NCBI GenBank assembly: GCA_009886115.1
Contig: VFJJ01000042.1
Span: 1-60,288, forward strand
Direction of reading: 5' to 3'
Source: Actinomycetota bacterium
Lineage (GTDB): Bacteria > Actinomycetota > Acidimicrobiia > IMCC26256 > VFJJ01
Length of the DNA: 60,288 nt
Numbering within the stretch: the first letter of the stretch is position 1; every line of letters starts with the position of its first letter. The notes under the pieces were generated by a model. The model was not told where the DNA came from, searched no databases, and saw only the letters and a program-made list of their open reading frames with translations. Made by a program: the position numbers and the translations under genes. Of the stretch, positions 38,976-48,714 are shown one piece after another.

Positions 38976-39009
38976 TCGAAGCGGCGCCGTGCAAGCGGCG
39001 CCGCTTCGA
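38976..39009 (+). terminator. strong hairpin after groES (probable terminator, no U-tract)
   Basis: TCGAAGCGGCGCCGT-GCAA-GCGGCGCCGCTTCGA, 15-bp stem with GNRA loop. Confidence 0.7.
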
Positions 39010-39047
39010 CGCGTCCGATCTCGGCGGGGGCCCGGTAGCCTCGGCCG

Positions 39048-39770
39048 ATGCAACAGGGCTCGGCACCGCAGGCTCGGCGAGGCGGGAATCAACGGATCCC
39101 GCGCCCGAGTGACTTCGAGCTCGGCCGTCCCGCTCCCTGGATGTCGCTGACGCGCGAGTCGAGGGCCATCTCCCTGCGCGATGTCATCGAGTTCTGCAAG
39201 AAGCCTCGGGAGCTCGCGATCGATCCCGAGTTCAGCGCGGTGGCATCCGATCCCCCGCCGCGCATGGCTGCGGTCCTGGTCGCCTTGTTCACCGAGACCG
39301 GCGACGCCGACGACCACGCGCGGCTCATCCTCACCCGGCGGCCCGAGACGATGCCGTCGCACCAGGGCGAGGTGGCGTTCCCGGGGGGCGGGCATCAGCT
39401 CGGCGACGACTCCCTGGCAGCCACGGCGCTGCGCGAGGCGCACGAGGAGATCGGGCTCGATCCGGCGGCCGTCGAGCTGATCGGTGAGCTCGACGTGCTC
39501 GGGCCGACCCGGACGGGATTCCTGATCCATCCCTTCGTCGGCGTGCTCGGGGGTCGGCCCTCGTTGGTTGCGCACCCGCGGGAGGTCTCGCGGGTCTTCG
39601 ACGTCTCGCTCTCCGAGCTCCTCGACGACGGTGTGCACCACGAAGAACGCTGGAGCTACCCGCAGCTGAACGGCGCGGTCTCGTTCTTCACCCTCTCCGA
39701 CGAGACGGTCTGGGGTGCCACGGCGCGCATCCTCACACGCTTCCTGACCGACCTCGTGGGGCGTCGTTGA
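39048..39770 (+). CDS. NUDIX hydrolase, CoA pyrophosphatase family
   Basis: AAVLV, LTRR...SHQGEVAFPGG, ALREAHEEIG, VWGATARIL. Confidence 0.92.
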   Translation: MQQGSAPQARRGGNQRIPRPSDFELGRPAPWMSLTRESRAISLRDVIEFCKKPRELAIDPEFSAVASDPPPRMAAVLVALFTETGDADDHARLILTRRPETMPSHQGEVAFPGGGHQLGDDSLAATALREAHEEIGLDPAAVELIGELDVLGPTRTGFLIHPFVGVLGGRPSLVAHPREVSRVFDVSLSELLDDGVHHEERWSYPQLNGAVSFFTLSDETVWGATARILTRFLTDLVGRR

Positions 39771-39893
39771 ACGCCCGCGCCGGCTCGTCGTCCCGTTGGC
39801 GCACACGGTCTCACTGACGGGACACGGCACACCCCCCGGGTATCGTTGGTTCGGGCGTGACGGGGGATGTGCGACGGGCGACGGGGAGACGGC

Positions 39894-41054
39894 ATGGAGA
39901 TCGAGATCGGCATCGGGAAGTCCGGTCGGAGGGCCTACGGCTTCGACGACATCGCCATCGTGCCGTCACGGAGGACCCGCGATCCCGAGGACGTCGACAT
40001 CTCGTTCGAGCTCGAGGGATATCACTTCGAGCTGCCCCTGCTGGCCTCGGCCATGGACGGTGTGGTCTCACCGGCGACCGCCATCGAGATCGGCCGCCTC
40101 GGTGGGCTGGGCGTGCTCAACCTCGAGGGATTGTGGTCGCGCTTCGAAGATCCCCAGCCGGTGCTCGAGGAGATCGCCAGCCTGGCGCCCGAGAAGGCCA
40201 CCGCTCGGATGCAGGAGCTCTACGCCGAGCCCATCAAGGACGAGCTGATCGGCCAGCGCATCCGCGAGATCAAGGCGTCCGGCGCGGTGGCGTCGGGCTC
40301 CCTCACGCCGCAGCGGGTATCGCGCCACATCAAGACCGTCCTCGAAGCCGAGCTCGACGTGCTGGTGATCCAGGGCACGGTCGTCTCGGCCGAGCACGTC
40401 TCGCGCACCACCGAGCCGCTCAACCTCAAGCAATTCATCCGTGAGATCGACATCCCGGTGGTCGTCGGAGGCGTGGCGTCGTACCAGATGGCCCTGCACC
40501 TCATGCGCACCGGCGCCATCGCGATCCTGGTGGGCGTGGGCCCGGGCCATGCGTGCACGTCGCGGGGCGTGCTCGGCATCGGGGTTCCGCAGGCCACGGC
40601 CATCGCCGATGCCGCCGGGGCCCGGCTGCGCCATCTCGTCGAGACCGGCGTGTACGTGAACGTGATCGCCGACGGGGGGATGCGCACCGGGGGCGACATC
40701 GCCAAGGCCATCGCGTGCGGCGCCGACGCCGTGATGCTCGGCTCGCCGCTGGCCGCCGCCTACGAGGCTCCCGGCCAGGGTCATCACTGGGGCATGGCCA
40801 CGTTCCATCCCACGCTCCCGCGAGGGGCTCGCGTGTACAGCGGGCAGAAGGGCACGCTCGAGGAGATCCTGGTCGGGCCGGCCCACGAGAACGATGGAAC
40901 GCTCAACCTCTTCGGCGGGCTGCGGACGTCGATGGCGACGTGCGGGTACTCGTCGGTGCGCGAGTTCCAAAAGGCCGAGGTGATGGTGGCGCCGGCGCTC
41001 ATGACCGAGGGCAAGGCGCTCCAGCGCTCGCAGGGCGTGGGCATGGGTCGCTGA
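39894..41054 (+). CDS. guaB3: GuaB3-type IMP dehydrogenase family protein
   Basis: MEIEIG.GKSGRRAYGFDDIAIVPSRRTRDPEDVD, GGLGVLNLEGLW, LPRG. Confidence 0.92.
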   Translation: MEIEIGIGKSGRRAYGFDDIAIVPSRRTRDPEDVDISFELEGYHFELPLLASAMDGVVSPATAIEIGRLGGLGVLNLEGLWSRFEDPQPVLEEIASLAPEKATARMQELYAEPIKDELIGQRIREIKASGAVASGSLTPQRVSRHIKTVLEAELDVLVIQGTVVSAEHVSRTTEPLNLKQFIREIDIPVVVGGVASYQMALHLMRTGAIAILVGVGPGHACTSRGVLGIGVPQATAIADAAGARLRHLVETGVYVNVIADGGMRTGGDIAKAIACGADAVMLGSPLAAAYEAPGQGHHWGMATFHPTLPRGARVYSGQKGTLEEILVGPAHENDGTLNLFGGLRTSMATCGYSSVREFQKAEVMVAPALMTEGKALQRSQGVGMGR

Positions 41055-41059
41055 GGTCC

Positions 41060-41104
41060 CGACCCCTCGACCCCTCGACCCCTCGACCCCTCGACCCCTC
41101 GACC
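41060..41104 (+). repeat. 8-bp tandem repeat CGACCCCT x5 plus partial copy
   Basis: Read directly. Confidence 0.95.
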
Positions 41105-41150
41105 AGGGGTGAGAAGAACCCCCCTGAGCCGGGTCAACTCACTCTTGGTC
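41101..41150. repeat. 50-bp imperfect palindrome, REP-like (copy 1)
   Basis: 13-bp inverted arms around a 24-nt spacer; 38/50 identical to 57145-57194. Confidence 0.75.
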
Positions 41151-41159
41151 GGCTTGGCG

Positions 41160-42401
41160 TCAGCGGGGACGGATGCTCACGTGCGAGCGGTCGAGCTCGG
41201 AGACCGACGGGCGACCGAGCAGGGCCAGGGTCCTGCGGATGTCGGTGGTGAGCAGGTCGATGGCATGGACGACCCCCGCCTCGCCTCCCGCGGCCAGCCC
41301 GTAGACCCACGCCCGGCCGAACATGCACGCTCGAGCGCCGAGCGCCAGGGCCTTGACGACGTCGCTGCCCCGCCGTACGCCGCCGTCGCAGATGATCTCC
41401 ACCCGGTCGCCGACGGCATCGGCCACCGGCGCGACCAGCTCGATCGGCGGGGGAGCACCATCGAGCTGGCGGCCGCCGTGGTTCGAGAGCGCCACGGCCT
41501 CGACGCCGATGTCGGCGGCGATCACGGCGTCCTCGACGCGCTGGATGCCCTTGATCACGATCGGCCCGTCCCACTGCGAGCGCATCCACTCGATGTCGGG
41601 CCACGACAGCGTCTGGTCGAACTGCGAGCTGGCGAACGCGGCCAGGTTCACGGCCGACGACGCCCCGGCCCGTCCGGGATCGGTGAGGTTGGCGAAGGTG
41701 ATCGGCTCGGCCCGGATGAAGTCGTACACCCACCGTGGATGGAGGATGCCATCGACGATCGTGTCGGGTCCGAGGGTGGGCGGCATCGAGAACCCGCGAC
41801 GGACATCGCGATCGCGCCGGCCGAGCACGGCGGTATCGACGGTGAGCGCCAGCGCCTGGTATCCGCTGGCCTTGGCCCGAGCGATCATCTCGGCCACGAG
41901 GCCCCGGTCCTTCCACACGTAGACCTGGAACCACAAGGCCCCGGCGCTCACCGCTCGGACGTCCTCGATCGAACGGGTGCCCAGCGTCGAGAGCGTGTAC
42001 GGGATCCCGGCCCGGGCTGCGGCCCGGGCGCCGGCGAGCTCGCCCTGGGAGTGCGCGACGCGGGTGAAGCCGATGGGCGCCATCACCAGCGGCACCGGCA
42101 GAGGATGGCCGAGGAGCGTGGTCGTGGTGTCGATCTGCGACACGTCGTGCAGCACTCGGGGCACGAACTCGATGCGGCCGTAGGCGCTGGAGTTCTCGCG
42201 CATCGTGCGCTCGTCCTCGGCGCCGCCGTCGATGTAGTCGAAGACGCCCCGGGGGAGCTGACGCCGGGCCATCAGCCGGAGATCGGCCACCGAGGCCGCC
42301 CGGGCCAGACGCCGCTTGACCCCGTCGCGTTCGAAACGACGAAAGCGAACGACCGACGAAACCGTTCGTGAGGCCTCGGCGATCTGGCGCAACGGGTTCA
42401 G
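41160..42401 (-). CDS. FMN-dependent alpha-hydroxy acid oxidase/dehydrogenase (LldD-like); start uncertain (CTG 42401, TTG 42392 or ATG 42491)
   Basis: [54 protein letters not shown]. Confidence 0.92.
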   Translation of the reverse strand: MNPLRQIAEASRTVSSVVRFRRFERDGVKRRLARAASVADLRLMARRQLPRGVFDYIDGGAEDERTMRENSSAYGRIEFVPRVLHDVSQIDTTTTLLGHPLPVPLVMAPIGFTRVAHSQGELAGARAAARAGIPYTLSTLGTRSIEDVRAVSAGALWFQVYVWKDRGLVAEMIARAKASGYQALALTVDTAVLGRRDRDVRRGFSMPPTLGPDTIVDGILHPRWVYDFIRAEPITFANLTDPGRAGASSAVNLAAFASSQFDQTLSWPDIEWMRSQWDGPIVIKGIQRVEDAVIAADIGVEAVALSNHGGRQLDGAPPPIELVAPVADAVGDRVEIICDGGVRRGSDVVKALALGARACMFGRAWVYGLAAGGEAGVVHAIDLLTTDIRRTLALLGRPSVSELDRSHVSIRPR

Positions 42402-42456
42402 GGCGACCTCCGGTCTCGATCGGTTGGCCGAGGTCGCCAACCGTACAATGATGCGG

Positions 42457-44115
42457 GTGGAGCATCCCCTCGAGTCCCCCGCCGTCGCCACTCGCCATAC
42501 CGGTGCCGGGTCGGCCCCAAGCGAGTCGCATCCGCTGCACCTGCACCCGATGCATGTTCACCCGGTGCAGCATGAGACCGTGCTGGTGGTCGATTTCGGC
42601 GCGCAGTACGCACAGCTGATCGCCCGTCGGGTCCGCGAGGCCCACGTGTTCAGCGAGATCGTGCCGCACACGATCACCGCGGCCGCCGTGAAGGCCAAGA
42701 ACCCCATGGCGATCGTGCTCTCGGGCGGACCGAAGTCGGTCAACGTCGACGGTGCGCCGCTGCTCGATCCCGGGATCTACGCCCTCGGGGTTCCGATCCT
42801 CGGGATCTGCTACGGGGCGCAGCTCATCGCCAAGCAGCTCGGTGGTGAGGTCGGCCGGCACGAGGCCGGCGAGTACGGCCGCACCGAGATGACCACGCTC
42901 GACGGTGCCGCTCGAACCTCGGTGCTGCTCAAGGACCTGCCCGAGAGCCAGACCGTGTGGATGAGTCACTTCGACGCCATCACCAAGGCGCCACAGGGAT
43001 TTCGGGTCACGGCGAGCACGCCGTCGGCGCCGGTGGCTGCGCTCGAAGACCGCGAGCGCGCCATCTACGGCGTGCAGTTCCACCCCGAGGTCGGCCACAC
43101 CGACCGCGGCCAGGACGTGCTCAAGGCCTTCTTGTACGACGGCGCCCACTGCCGGCCGACGTGGACGAGGGTCTCGATCATCGAGGAGGCCGTCGAGAAG
43201 ATCCGGGCCCAGGTCGGGACGGGACGGGTGCTGTGCGGGCTCTCGGGCGGGGTCGACTCCGCTGTCGCCGCGGCTTTGGTGCACAAGGCGATCGGCGATC
43301 AGCTCACCTGCGTGTTCGTCGACATCGGGATGATGCGCGAGGGCGAGGCCGAGCAGGTGGAAGAGACCTTCCGCCGGCAGTTCCAGATCGACCTGGTGCA
43401 CGTGAAGGCGGCCGACCGCTTCCTCGAGAAGCTCGACGACGTGAGCGACCCTGAGCGCAAGCGCAAGATCATCGGCGAGACGTTCATCCGCATCTTCGAG
43501 GAGGTCGCTCGGGAGCTAGGCGACGCCAAGTTCCTCGTCCAGGGAACGCTCTACCCCGATGTCGTCGAATCCGGTGGTACCACTGGCGATTCGGCCGTCA
43601 TCAAGACCCATCACAATGTCGGCGGCCTCCCCGACGACATGGAGATGGAGCTCGTCGAGCCGCTGCGTGAACTGTTCAAGGACGAGGTCCGAGCCGTCGG
43701 CGAGGAGCTGGGCCTGCCCGAGGAGATCGTGTGGCGTCAGCCGTTCCCCGGGCCGGGGCTGGCGGTGCGAATCATCGGGACGATCACCCCGGAGCGCCTC
43801 GAGATCCTGCGCCGGGCCGACGCCATCGTGCTCGAGGAGATCAAGCGGGCCGGGTTGTATCGCGAGCTGTGGCAGAGCTTCGCCGTGCTGCCAGCGGTCC
43901 GTTCGGTCGGGGTGATGGGCGACGAGCGCACCTACGCCTACCCGATCATCATCCGGGCCGTCACGAGCGAGGACGCCATGACCGCCGACTGGGCCCGCCT
44001 GCCCTACGAGCTCCTCGACCGGATGTCGAGCCGGCTCATCAACGAGGTGCCGGGCGTGAACCGGGTGGCTTACGACGTCACGTCGAAGCCGCCGGGAACG
44101 ATCGAGTGGGAGTAG
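42457..44115 (+). CDS. guaA: GMP synthase (glutamine-hydrolysing)
   Basis: [51 protein letters not shown] 7 nt after TACAAT chosen as start. Confidence 0.97.
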   Translation: MEHPLESPAVATRHTGAGSAPSESHPLHLHPMHVHPVQHETVLVVDFGAQYAQLIARRVREAHVFSEIVPHTITAAAVKAKNPMAIVLSGGPKSVNVDGAPLLDPGIYALGVPILGICYGAQLIAKQLGGEVGRHEAGEYGRTEMTTLDGAARTSVLLKDLPESQTVWMSHFDAITKAPQGFRVTASTPSAPVAALEDRERAIYGVQFHPEVGHTDRGQDVLKAFLYDGAHCRPTWTRVSIIEEAVEKIRAQVGTGRVLCGLSGGVDSAVAAALVHKAIGDQLTCVFVDIGMMREGEAEQVEETFRRQFQIDLVHVKAADRFLEKLDDVSDPERKRKIIGETFIRIFEEVARELGDAKFLVQGTLYPDVVESGGTTGDSAVIKTHHNVGGLPDDMEMELVEPLRELFKDEVRAVGEELGLPEEIVWRQPFPGPGLAVRIIGTITPERLEILRRADAIVLEEIKRAGLYRELWQSFAVLPAVRSVGVMGDERTYAYPIIIRAVTSEDAMTADWARLPYELLDRMSSRLINEVPGVNRVAYDVTSKPPGTIEWE

Positions 44116-44774
44116 GGCCGGCCGGGGCCTCGTCTGGGGCCGCGTCCGCGCGGCCCGCCGCACCAACGGCCGTGGTGTTCGACCTGGGGCGGGTGCTCGT
44201 GGAATGGGACCCGCGCCACCTCTACCGGATGTTCATCCCCCACGTTCTGGCCGACGAGGATGCCATGGAGCGGTTCCTCGCCGAGGTCTGCCCGCCGGAG
44301 TGGAACGAGGCCCAGGACCGGGGCCGGCCGTTCGCTGACGGGATCGCCGAGGCGCTCGGCCGTCATCCCGAGCACGAGGGGTTGATACGTGCCTTCTACG
44401 ACCGGTGGGGCGAGATGGTTCCGTACCAGATCGACGGAACGGTCGAGATTCTCGGTTTGTTACGTGACGCCGGTGTTCCCGTGTATGCGCTCAGCAACTG
44501 GTCGATGGAGACGTTCCCGATCGCTCAGGCCCGCTTCGGCTTCCTCGACTGGTTTGACGGCATGGTGATCTCCGGCGAGGTCGGCTTCGTGAAGCCCGAG
44601 CCTGAGATCTACGAGCTCCTGTGCGTGCGCTTCGACCTCGATCCGGCGGCGACCGTCTTCATCGACGACGCCCCTCGCAACGTCGCCGCGGCTGAGGTGT
44701 TGGGGTTTCACGCTCTGCTGTTCACCGACGCTCCCTCGATCCGCCTCGATCTCGAGGCCCTCGGCCTGCTCTGA
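44106..44774 (+). CDS. HAD family phosphatase/haloacid dehalogenase-like (start uncertain)
   Basis: [39 protein letters not shown]. Confidence 0.88.
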   Translation: MGVGPAGASSGAASARPAAPTAVVFDLGRVLVEWDPRHLYRMFIPHVLADEDAMERFLAEVCPPEWNEAQDRGRPFADGIAEALGRHPEHEGLIRAFYDRWGEMVPYQIDGTVEILGLLRDAGVPVYALSNWSMETFPIAQARFGFLDWFDGMVISGEVGFVKPEPEIYELLCVRFDLDPAATVFIDDAPRNVAAAEVLGFHALLFTDAPSIRLDLEALGLL

Positions 44775-44862
44775 GCATCGGGAACGGTCGCGACATCGTC
44801 CCCGGGGCGCGGCCCGACGTCTCGACCCGCTGACCGCCATGTTCGGTCTATCCTCAAGCGAC

Positions 44863-45159
44863 ATGGCTGCCCCGACGTTGACCGAACTCCGGCGCCGACG
44901 CAGCGAGATCCTCGAAGTTGCCCGCGCTCGCGGCGTGTCGCGGGTCCGGGTCTTCGGCTCCGTCGCACGAGGTGACGCCACCGAGGCGAGCGACATCGAC
45001 TTCCTGGTCGAGCTGGACTCAGATCGGGGGCTTCTCGATCTCGGAGGCCTCCTGATGGATCTGCGCGCGCTGCTCGGCCGCGATGTCGATGTCACGACGG
45101 AAACGGGGCTGCGCCCGCGTGTCGCTCAAAGGGTGCTCGCCGACGCGATCGACCTATGA
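44863..45159 (+). CDS. minimal nucleotidyltransferase antitoxin (MntA-like)
   Basis: VFGSVARG.....SDIDFLV (GSx10DxD), LLGRDVDV. Confidence 0.92.
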   Translation: MAAPTLTELRRRRSEILEVARARGVSRVRVFGSVARGDATEASDIDFLVELDSDRGLLDLGGLLMDLRALLGRDVDVTTETGLRPRVAQRVLADAIDL

Positions 45160-45497
45160 GGAACGACCGTGAACGGCTTCTCGACATGATCGAGATGTGC
45201 GATCTGCTGATGCGTCACGCCTCGAATCCTGATGCTCTTGCGACAGATCCCGTCATCCAGGCCGCTGCGCAGCGCTGGATCGAGGTCCTCGGCGAAGCCG
45301 CATCCCATGTATCGGATGCGACCACAGCAGCACACCCAGAGGTCCCGTGGCGTGAGATGGTCGGAACGCGGATCATTCTCGCGCACGCGTACTTCCACAT
45401 CGATCAGGACATCATCGGGCAGGTTGTCAGCCGCGACGTTCCCGCTATCAGAGACATGCTCAACGCGATTGCTGAGCTGCTCGAAGAACCAGCCTGA
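45156..45497 (+). CDS. HepT-like (DUF86/HEPN) RNase toxin
   Basis: IEVLGEAA, HPEVPWREM.G.RxxxxHxY; ATGA overlap with MNT gene. Confidence 0.9.
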   Translation: MRNDRERLLDMIEMCDLLMRHASNPDALATDPVIQAAAQRWIEVLGEAASHVSDATTAAHPEVPWREMVGTRIILAHAYFHIDQDIIGQVVSRDVPAIRDMLNAIAELLEEPA

Positions 45498-45530
45498 GAA
45501 TCCCCACCAGGTGCCGCTACGGTCGGGCCC

Positions 45531-45984
45531 ATGCGGGGACTGGTGCAACGGGTGAGCCGGGCAGCGGTGACGGTCGACGGTGACACGGTCGGCGCAATCG
45601 GGAGCGGCCTCTGCCTGTTCGTCGGCGTCACCCACGACGACACGCCGGCGCGTGCGGCCAGGCTGGCCGAGAAGGTCTGGCAGCTCAGGGTCCTCAAGCG
45701 ACGACGCCGGGTTGATGAACCGTTCCCCGGCCGACGAGGCGGCTGCGGCACGGGTCGGCGCCGTGCTCGTGGTCTCCCAGTTCACCCTCTACGGCGACAC
45801 CCGCAAGGGCCGTCGTCCGTCGTGGGTCGACGCCGCCCGTCCCGAGTACGCCGAGCCCCTCGTCGCCGCCGTGTCTGATCGTCTCCGAGCCCTCGGCGCC
45901 CGGGTCGAGACCGGCCGCTTCCGAGCCGAGATGCACGTCGAGCTCGTCAACGACGGCCCCGTCACCCTCATGCTCGAGGTGTGA
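45531..45984 (+). pseudogene. dtd: D-aminoacyl-tRNA deacylase, split by one extra base at about 45696-45697
   Basis: MRGLVQRV...GVTHDD..LRVL in one frame; MNRS...[17 protein letters not shown]...VNDGPVT in the +1 frame. Confidence 0.85.
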
Positions 45985-46040
45985 CCCGCCCGGGAACCAC
46001 CCCGAGGCGTGTCGGACCTTCGGGGTAGGGTCGGGGGATC

Positions 46041-48689
46041 ATGCTCGACGCGCCCGTGTCTTCGACGTCGTCGCCATCCTCGGCGTCGCCCACGCCGTCC
46101 TGGTCCGACGATGGCGAGGCCAGGCCGGCTCGATCGCACAAGCGGCCGTCGCGCGACGACCTGCTCAGCGGGCTGAACCCCGTCCAGCAGGAGATCGTGA
46201 GCCACCCGGACGGGCCGATCCTGGTGGTGGCCGGGGCGGGCTCGGGCAAGACCCGGGTGCTCACGCACCGGGTGGCGTGGTTGATCACGGCCCATGACGT
46301 GTCGCCCTTCGGGATCCTGGCCATCACGTTCACGAACAAGGCCGCTGACGAGATGAAGCAGCGCACCGCGGCGCTCATCGGGCCCGTGGCGCAGAAGATG
46401 TGGGTGTCGACGTTCCACTCGGCCTGCGCCCGCATCCTCCGATACGAGGCGGCGGCGCTGGGCCTGCGTTCGTCGTTCACGATCTACGACCAGAGCGATG
46501 CCCAACGCTTGGTGTCGTATGTGATTCGCGACATGAACCTCGACGTGAAGCGCTTCGCTCCGCGCAAGGTGCTCGGGGCGATCAGCTCGGCCAAGAACGA
46601 GATGCTCTCCCCGGAGGCCTACGCGGCCGCGGCGTTCGGGCCCCTCGAGAAGAAGACGGCCCAGATCTACGCCGAGTACCAGAAGCGCCTGCAGGACGCC
46701 TCGGCGCTCGATTTCGACGACCTGCTCGTGCGGGCGGTCGAGCTGTTCCGCACGAACCCCGCGGTGCTGGCCCGATGGCGGGCGCGCTTCCTCCACGTGC
46801 TCATCGACGAGTTCCAGGACACCAACGCCGCGCAGTGGGAGCTGGTGCGACAGCTCACCGAGGAACGCCGCAACGTGATGGTCGTCGGCGACGCCGATCA
46901 GAGCGTGTACCGCTTCCGCGGGGCCGACTTCCGCAACCTGCTCAAGTTCGAGGACGCCTTCCCCGAGGCCTCGGTGATCGTGCTGGAGCAGAACTACCGG
47001 TCGAGCCAGGTGATCCTCGACGCGGCGAACTCGGTCATCTCGAACAACACCGCCCGTCGGGCGAAGAACCTCTGGACCGAGAAGATGGGCGGCGAGCTCG
47101 TCACCGTTTACCTGGGCGACGACGAGCTCGACGAGGCCCGTTTCGTCGTCGGCGAGCTGACCCGCCTCACCGACACCGAAGGTCACCGTTTCGGCGACGT
47201 CGCCATCTTCTACCGCACCAACGCCCAGAGCCGGGTGCTCGAGGAGCAGCTCGTGCGCTCGGGGATCCCGTACCGGGTGTACGGCGGGGTGAAGTTCTAC
47301 GACCGCCGCGAGGTGAAGGACGCCCTCGCCTACTTGCGGGTGCTCACCAACCCCGACGACGCCGTGAGCTTCAAGCGCATCGTCAACTCCCCCAAGCGCG
47401 GCGTGGGCGACACGTCGGTCGCCAAGCTCGAGGCCTACGCCCAGGGCTCGGGCCTGCCGATGGCCGAGTCGTGCCGCGACGCCCTGGCCGCGGGCATCAC
47501 CGGCAAGGCCGCGGGAGGGCTGCGCGAGCTCGCCGACGTGCTCGACTCGCTGCGGGCCCGGGCCCACGAAGGACGGGGCGTGGCCGCTGTGCTCGAGGCG
47601 ATGCTCGAACGCACGGGCTACATCGCCGAGCTCGAGGCCGAGCGCTCGGTCGAGGCCCAGGGCCGGATCGAGAACCTGCAGGAGCTCGTGGGCGTGGCCG
47701 CCGACTTCGACGATCGTCTCGACCGGGGTGACCTCACCGGCCCCGCAGCCGGTGCTGTGGCCGGAGCCGTTGGTGGCTCTCCTGCCCTCGGTGGCTCCCG
47801 GGGCGGCTCCCCCGGCGTCGACGACACCGGCGCCGATGATCCCGACGGGTCCGGTGCGGACATCGACGCCGCGACCGCGGCACCGCCCGAGGGCCTGGCC
47901 CGCATCCAGGCCTTCCTCGAGACGGTGTCGCTCGTCACCGACATGGACGAGTACGACCCCGAGCAGTCGAACGTGACGCTGATGACCCTGCACTCGGCCA
48001 AGGGTCTCGAGTACCCGGTCGTGTTCCTGACCGGGCTGGAGGAGGGGGTCTTCCCGCACCTGCGCTCGCTGGGCGAGCCCGACGAGCTCGAGGAGGAACG
48101 CCGCCTCGCCTACGTGGGCATCACCCGGGCCGAGGAGCGGCTCTACCTCACCCACACCTGGAGCCGCTCGCTGTTCGGGTCGACCCAGTACAACCCGCCG
48201 TCGCGGTTCCTCGACGAGATCCCGGCCGAGCTCCGGCGGGCCATCGGGGCGCCCCGGGTGATCGGCCGACGATCTTCGGGCGACGGTGACGGCGATGGCG
48301 GCGGCCGGAGGGGTTCGGGCCGCTGGGCCGAGCGCGACCACGACCCCGAGGCGCGCTGGAACCGGGGCGGGGCCTCGCCCGAGCACCGCGAGCGGGTCGT
48401 GGCCACGGCGATGCGCGATGCGCAGCGCTACCGCACGGGTGGTGCCCGCGAAGATGGCGCCGGTGCCGGTCGATCGGCGGCGTCGGCCGGGGGTCACGGG
48501 GGCCCGGGCGGCGAGGGCGCCGCTTCGGCCGGGTTGCGCGTCGGCGACGACGTACGTCACGACAAGTTCGGCGAGGGCGTCATCATCGACATCGTGGGCA
48601 GCGGCGACAAGGCCGAGGCCACGGTGAGGTTCCGCGGGCTGGGTGAGAAGCGGCTCCTCTTGTCGTGGGCGCCGCTCACCAAGGCCTGA
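46041..48689 (+). CDS. pcrA: ATP-dependent DNA helicase PcrA/UvrD
   Basis: AGAGSGKTRVLT.R, AITFTNKAA.EM, DEFQDTN, LEQNYRS, TLHSAKGLEYP, EERRLAYVGITRA, C-terminal Tudor-like domain. Confidence 0.96.
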   Translation: MLDAPVSSTSSPSSASPTPSWSDDGEARPARSHKRPSRDDLLSGLNPVQQEIVSHPDGPILVVAGAGSGKTRVLTHRVAWLITAHDVSPFGILAITFTNKAADEMKQRTAALIGPVAQKMWVSTFHSACARILRYEAAALGLRSSFTIYDQSDAQRLVSYVIRDMNLDVKRFAPRKVLGAISSAKNEMLSPEAYAAAAFGPLEKKTAQIYAEYQKRLQDASALDFDDLLVRAVELFRTNPAVLARWRARFLHVLIDEFQDTNAAQWELVRQLTEERRNVMVVGDADQSVYRFRGADFRNLLKFEDAFPEASVIVLEQNYRSSQVILDAANSVISNNTARRAKNLWTEKMGGELVTVYLGDDELDEARFVVGELTRLTDTEGHRFGDVAIFYRTNAQSRVLEEQLVRSGIPYRVYGGVKFYDRREVKDALAYLRVLTNPDDAVSFKRIVNSPKRGVGDTSVAKLEAYAQGSGLPMAESCRDALAAGITGKAAGGLRELADVLDSLRARAHEGRGVAAVLEAMLERTGYIAELEAERSVEAQGRIENLQELVGVAADFDDRLDRGDLTGPAAGAVAGAVGGSPALGGSRGGSPGVDDTGADDPDGSGADIDAATAAPPEGLARIQAFLETVSLVTDMDEYDPEQSNVTLMTLHSAKGLEYPVVFLTGLEEGVFPHLRSLGEPDELEEERRLAYVGITRAEERLYLTHTWSRSLFGSTQYNPPSRFLDEIPAELRRAIGAPRVIGRRSSGDGDGDGGGRRGSGRWAERDHDPEARWNRGGASPEHRERVVATAMRDAQRYRTGGAREDGAGAGRSAASAGGHGGPGGEGAASAGLRVGDDVRHDKFGEGVIIDIVGSGDKAEATVRFRGLGEKRLLLSWAPLTKA

Positions 48690-48714
48690 GCGATCGACGA
48701 GCGACGGCCCACCG

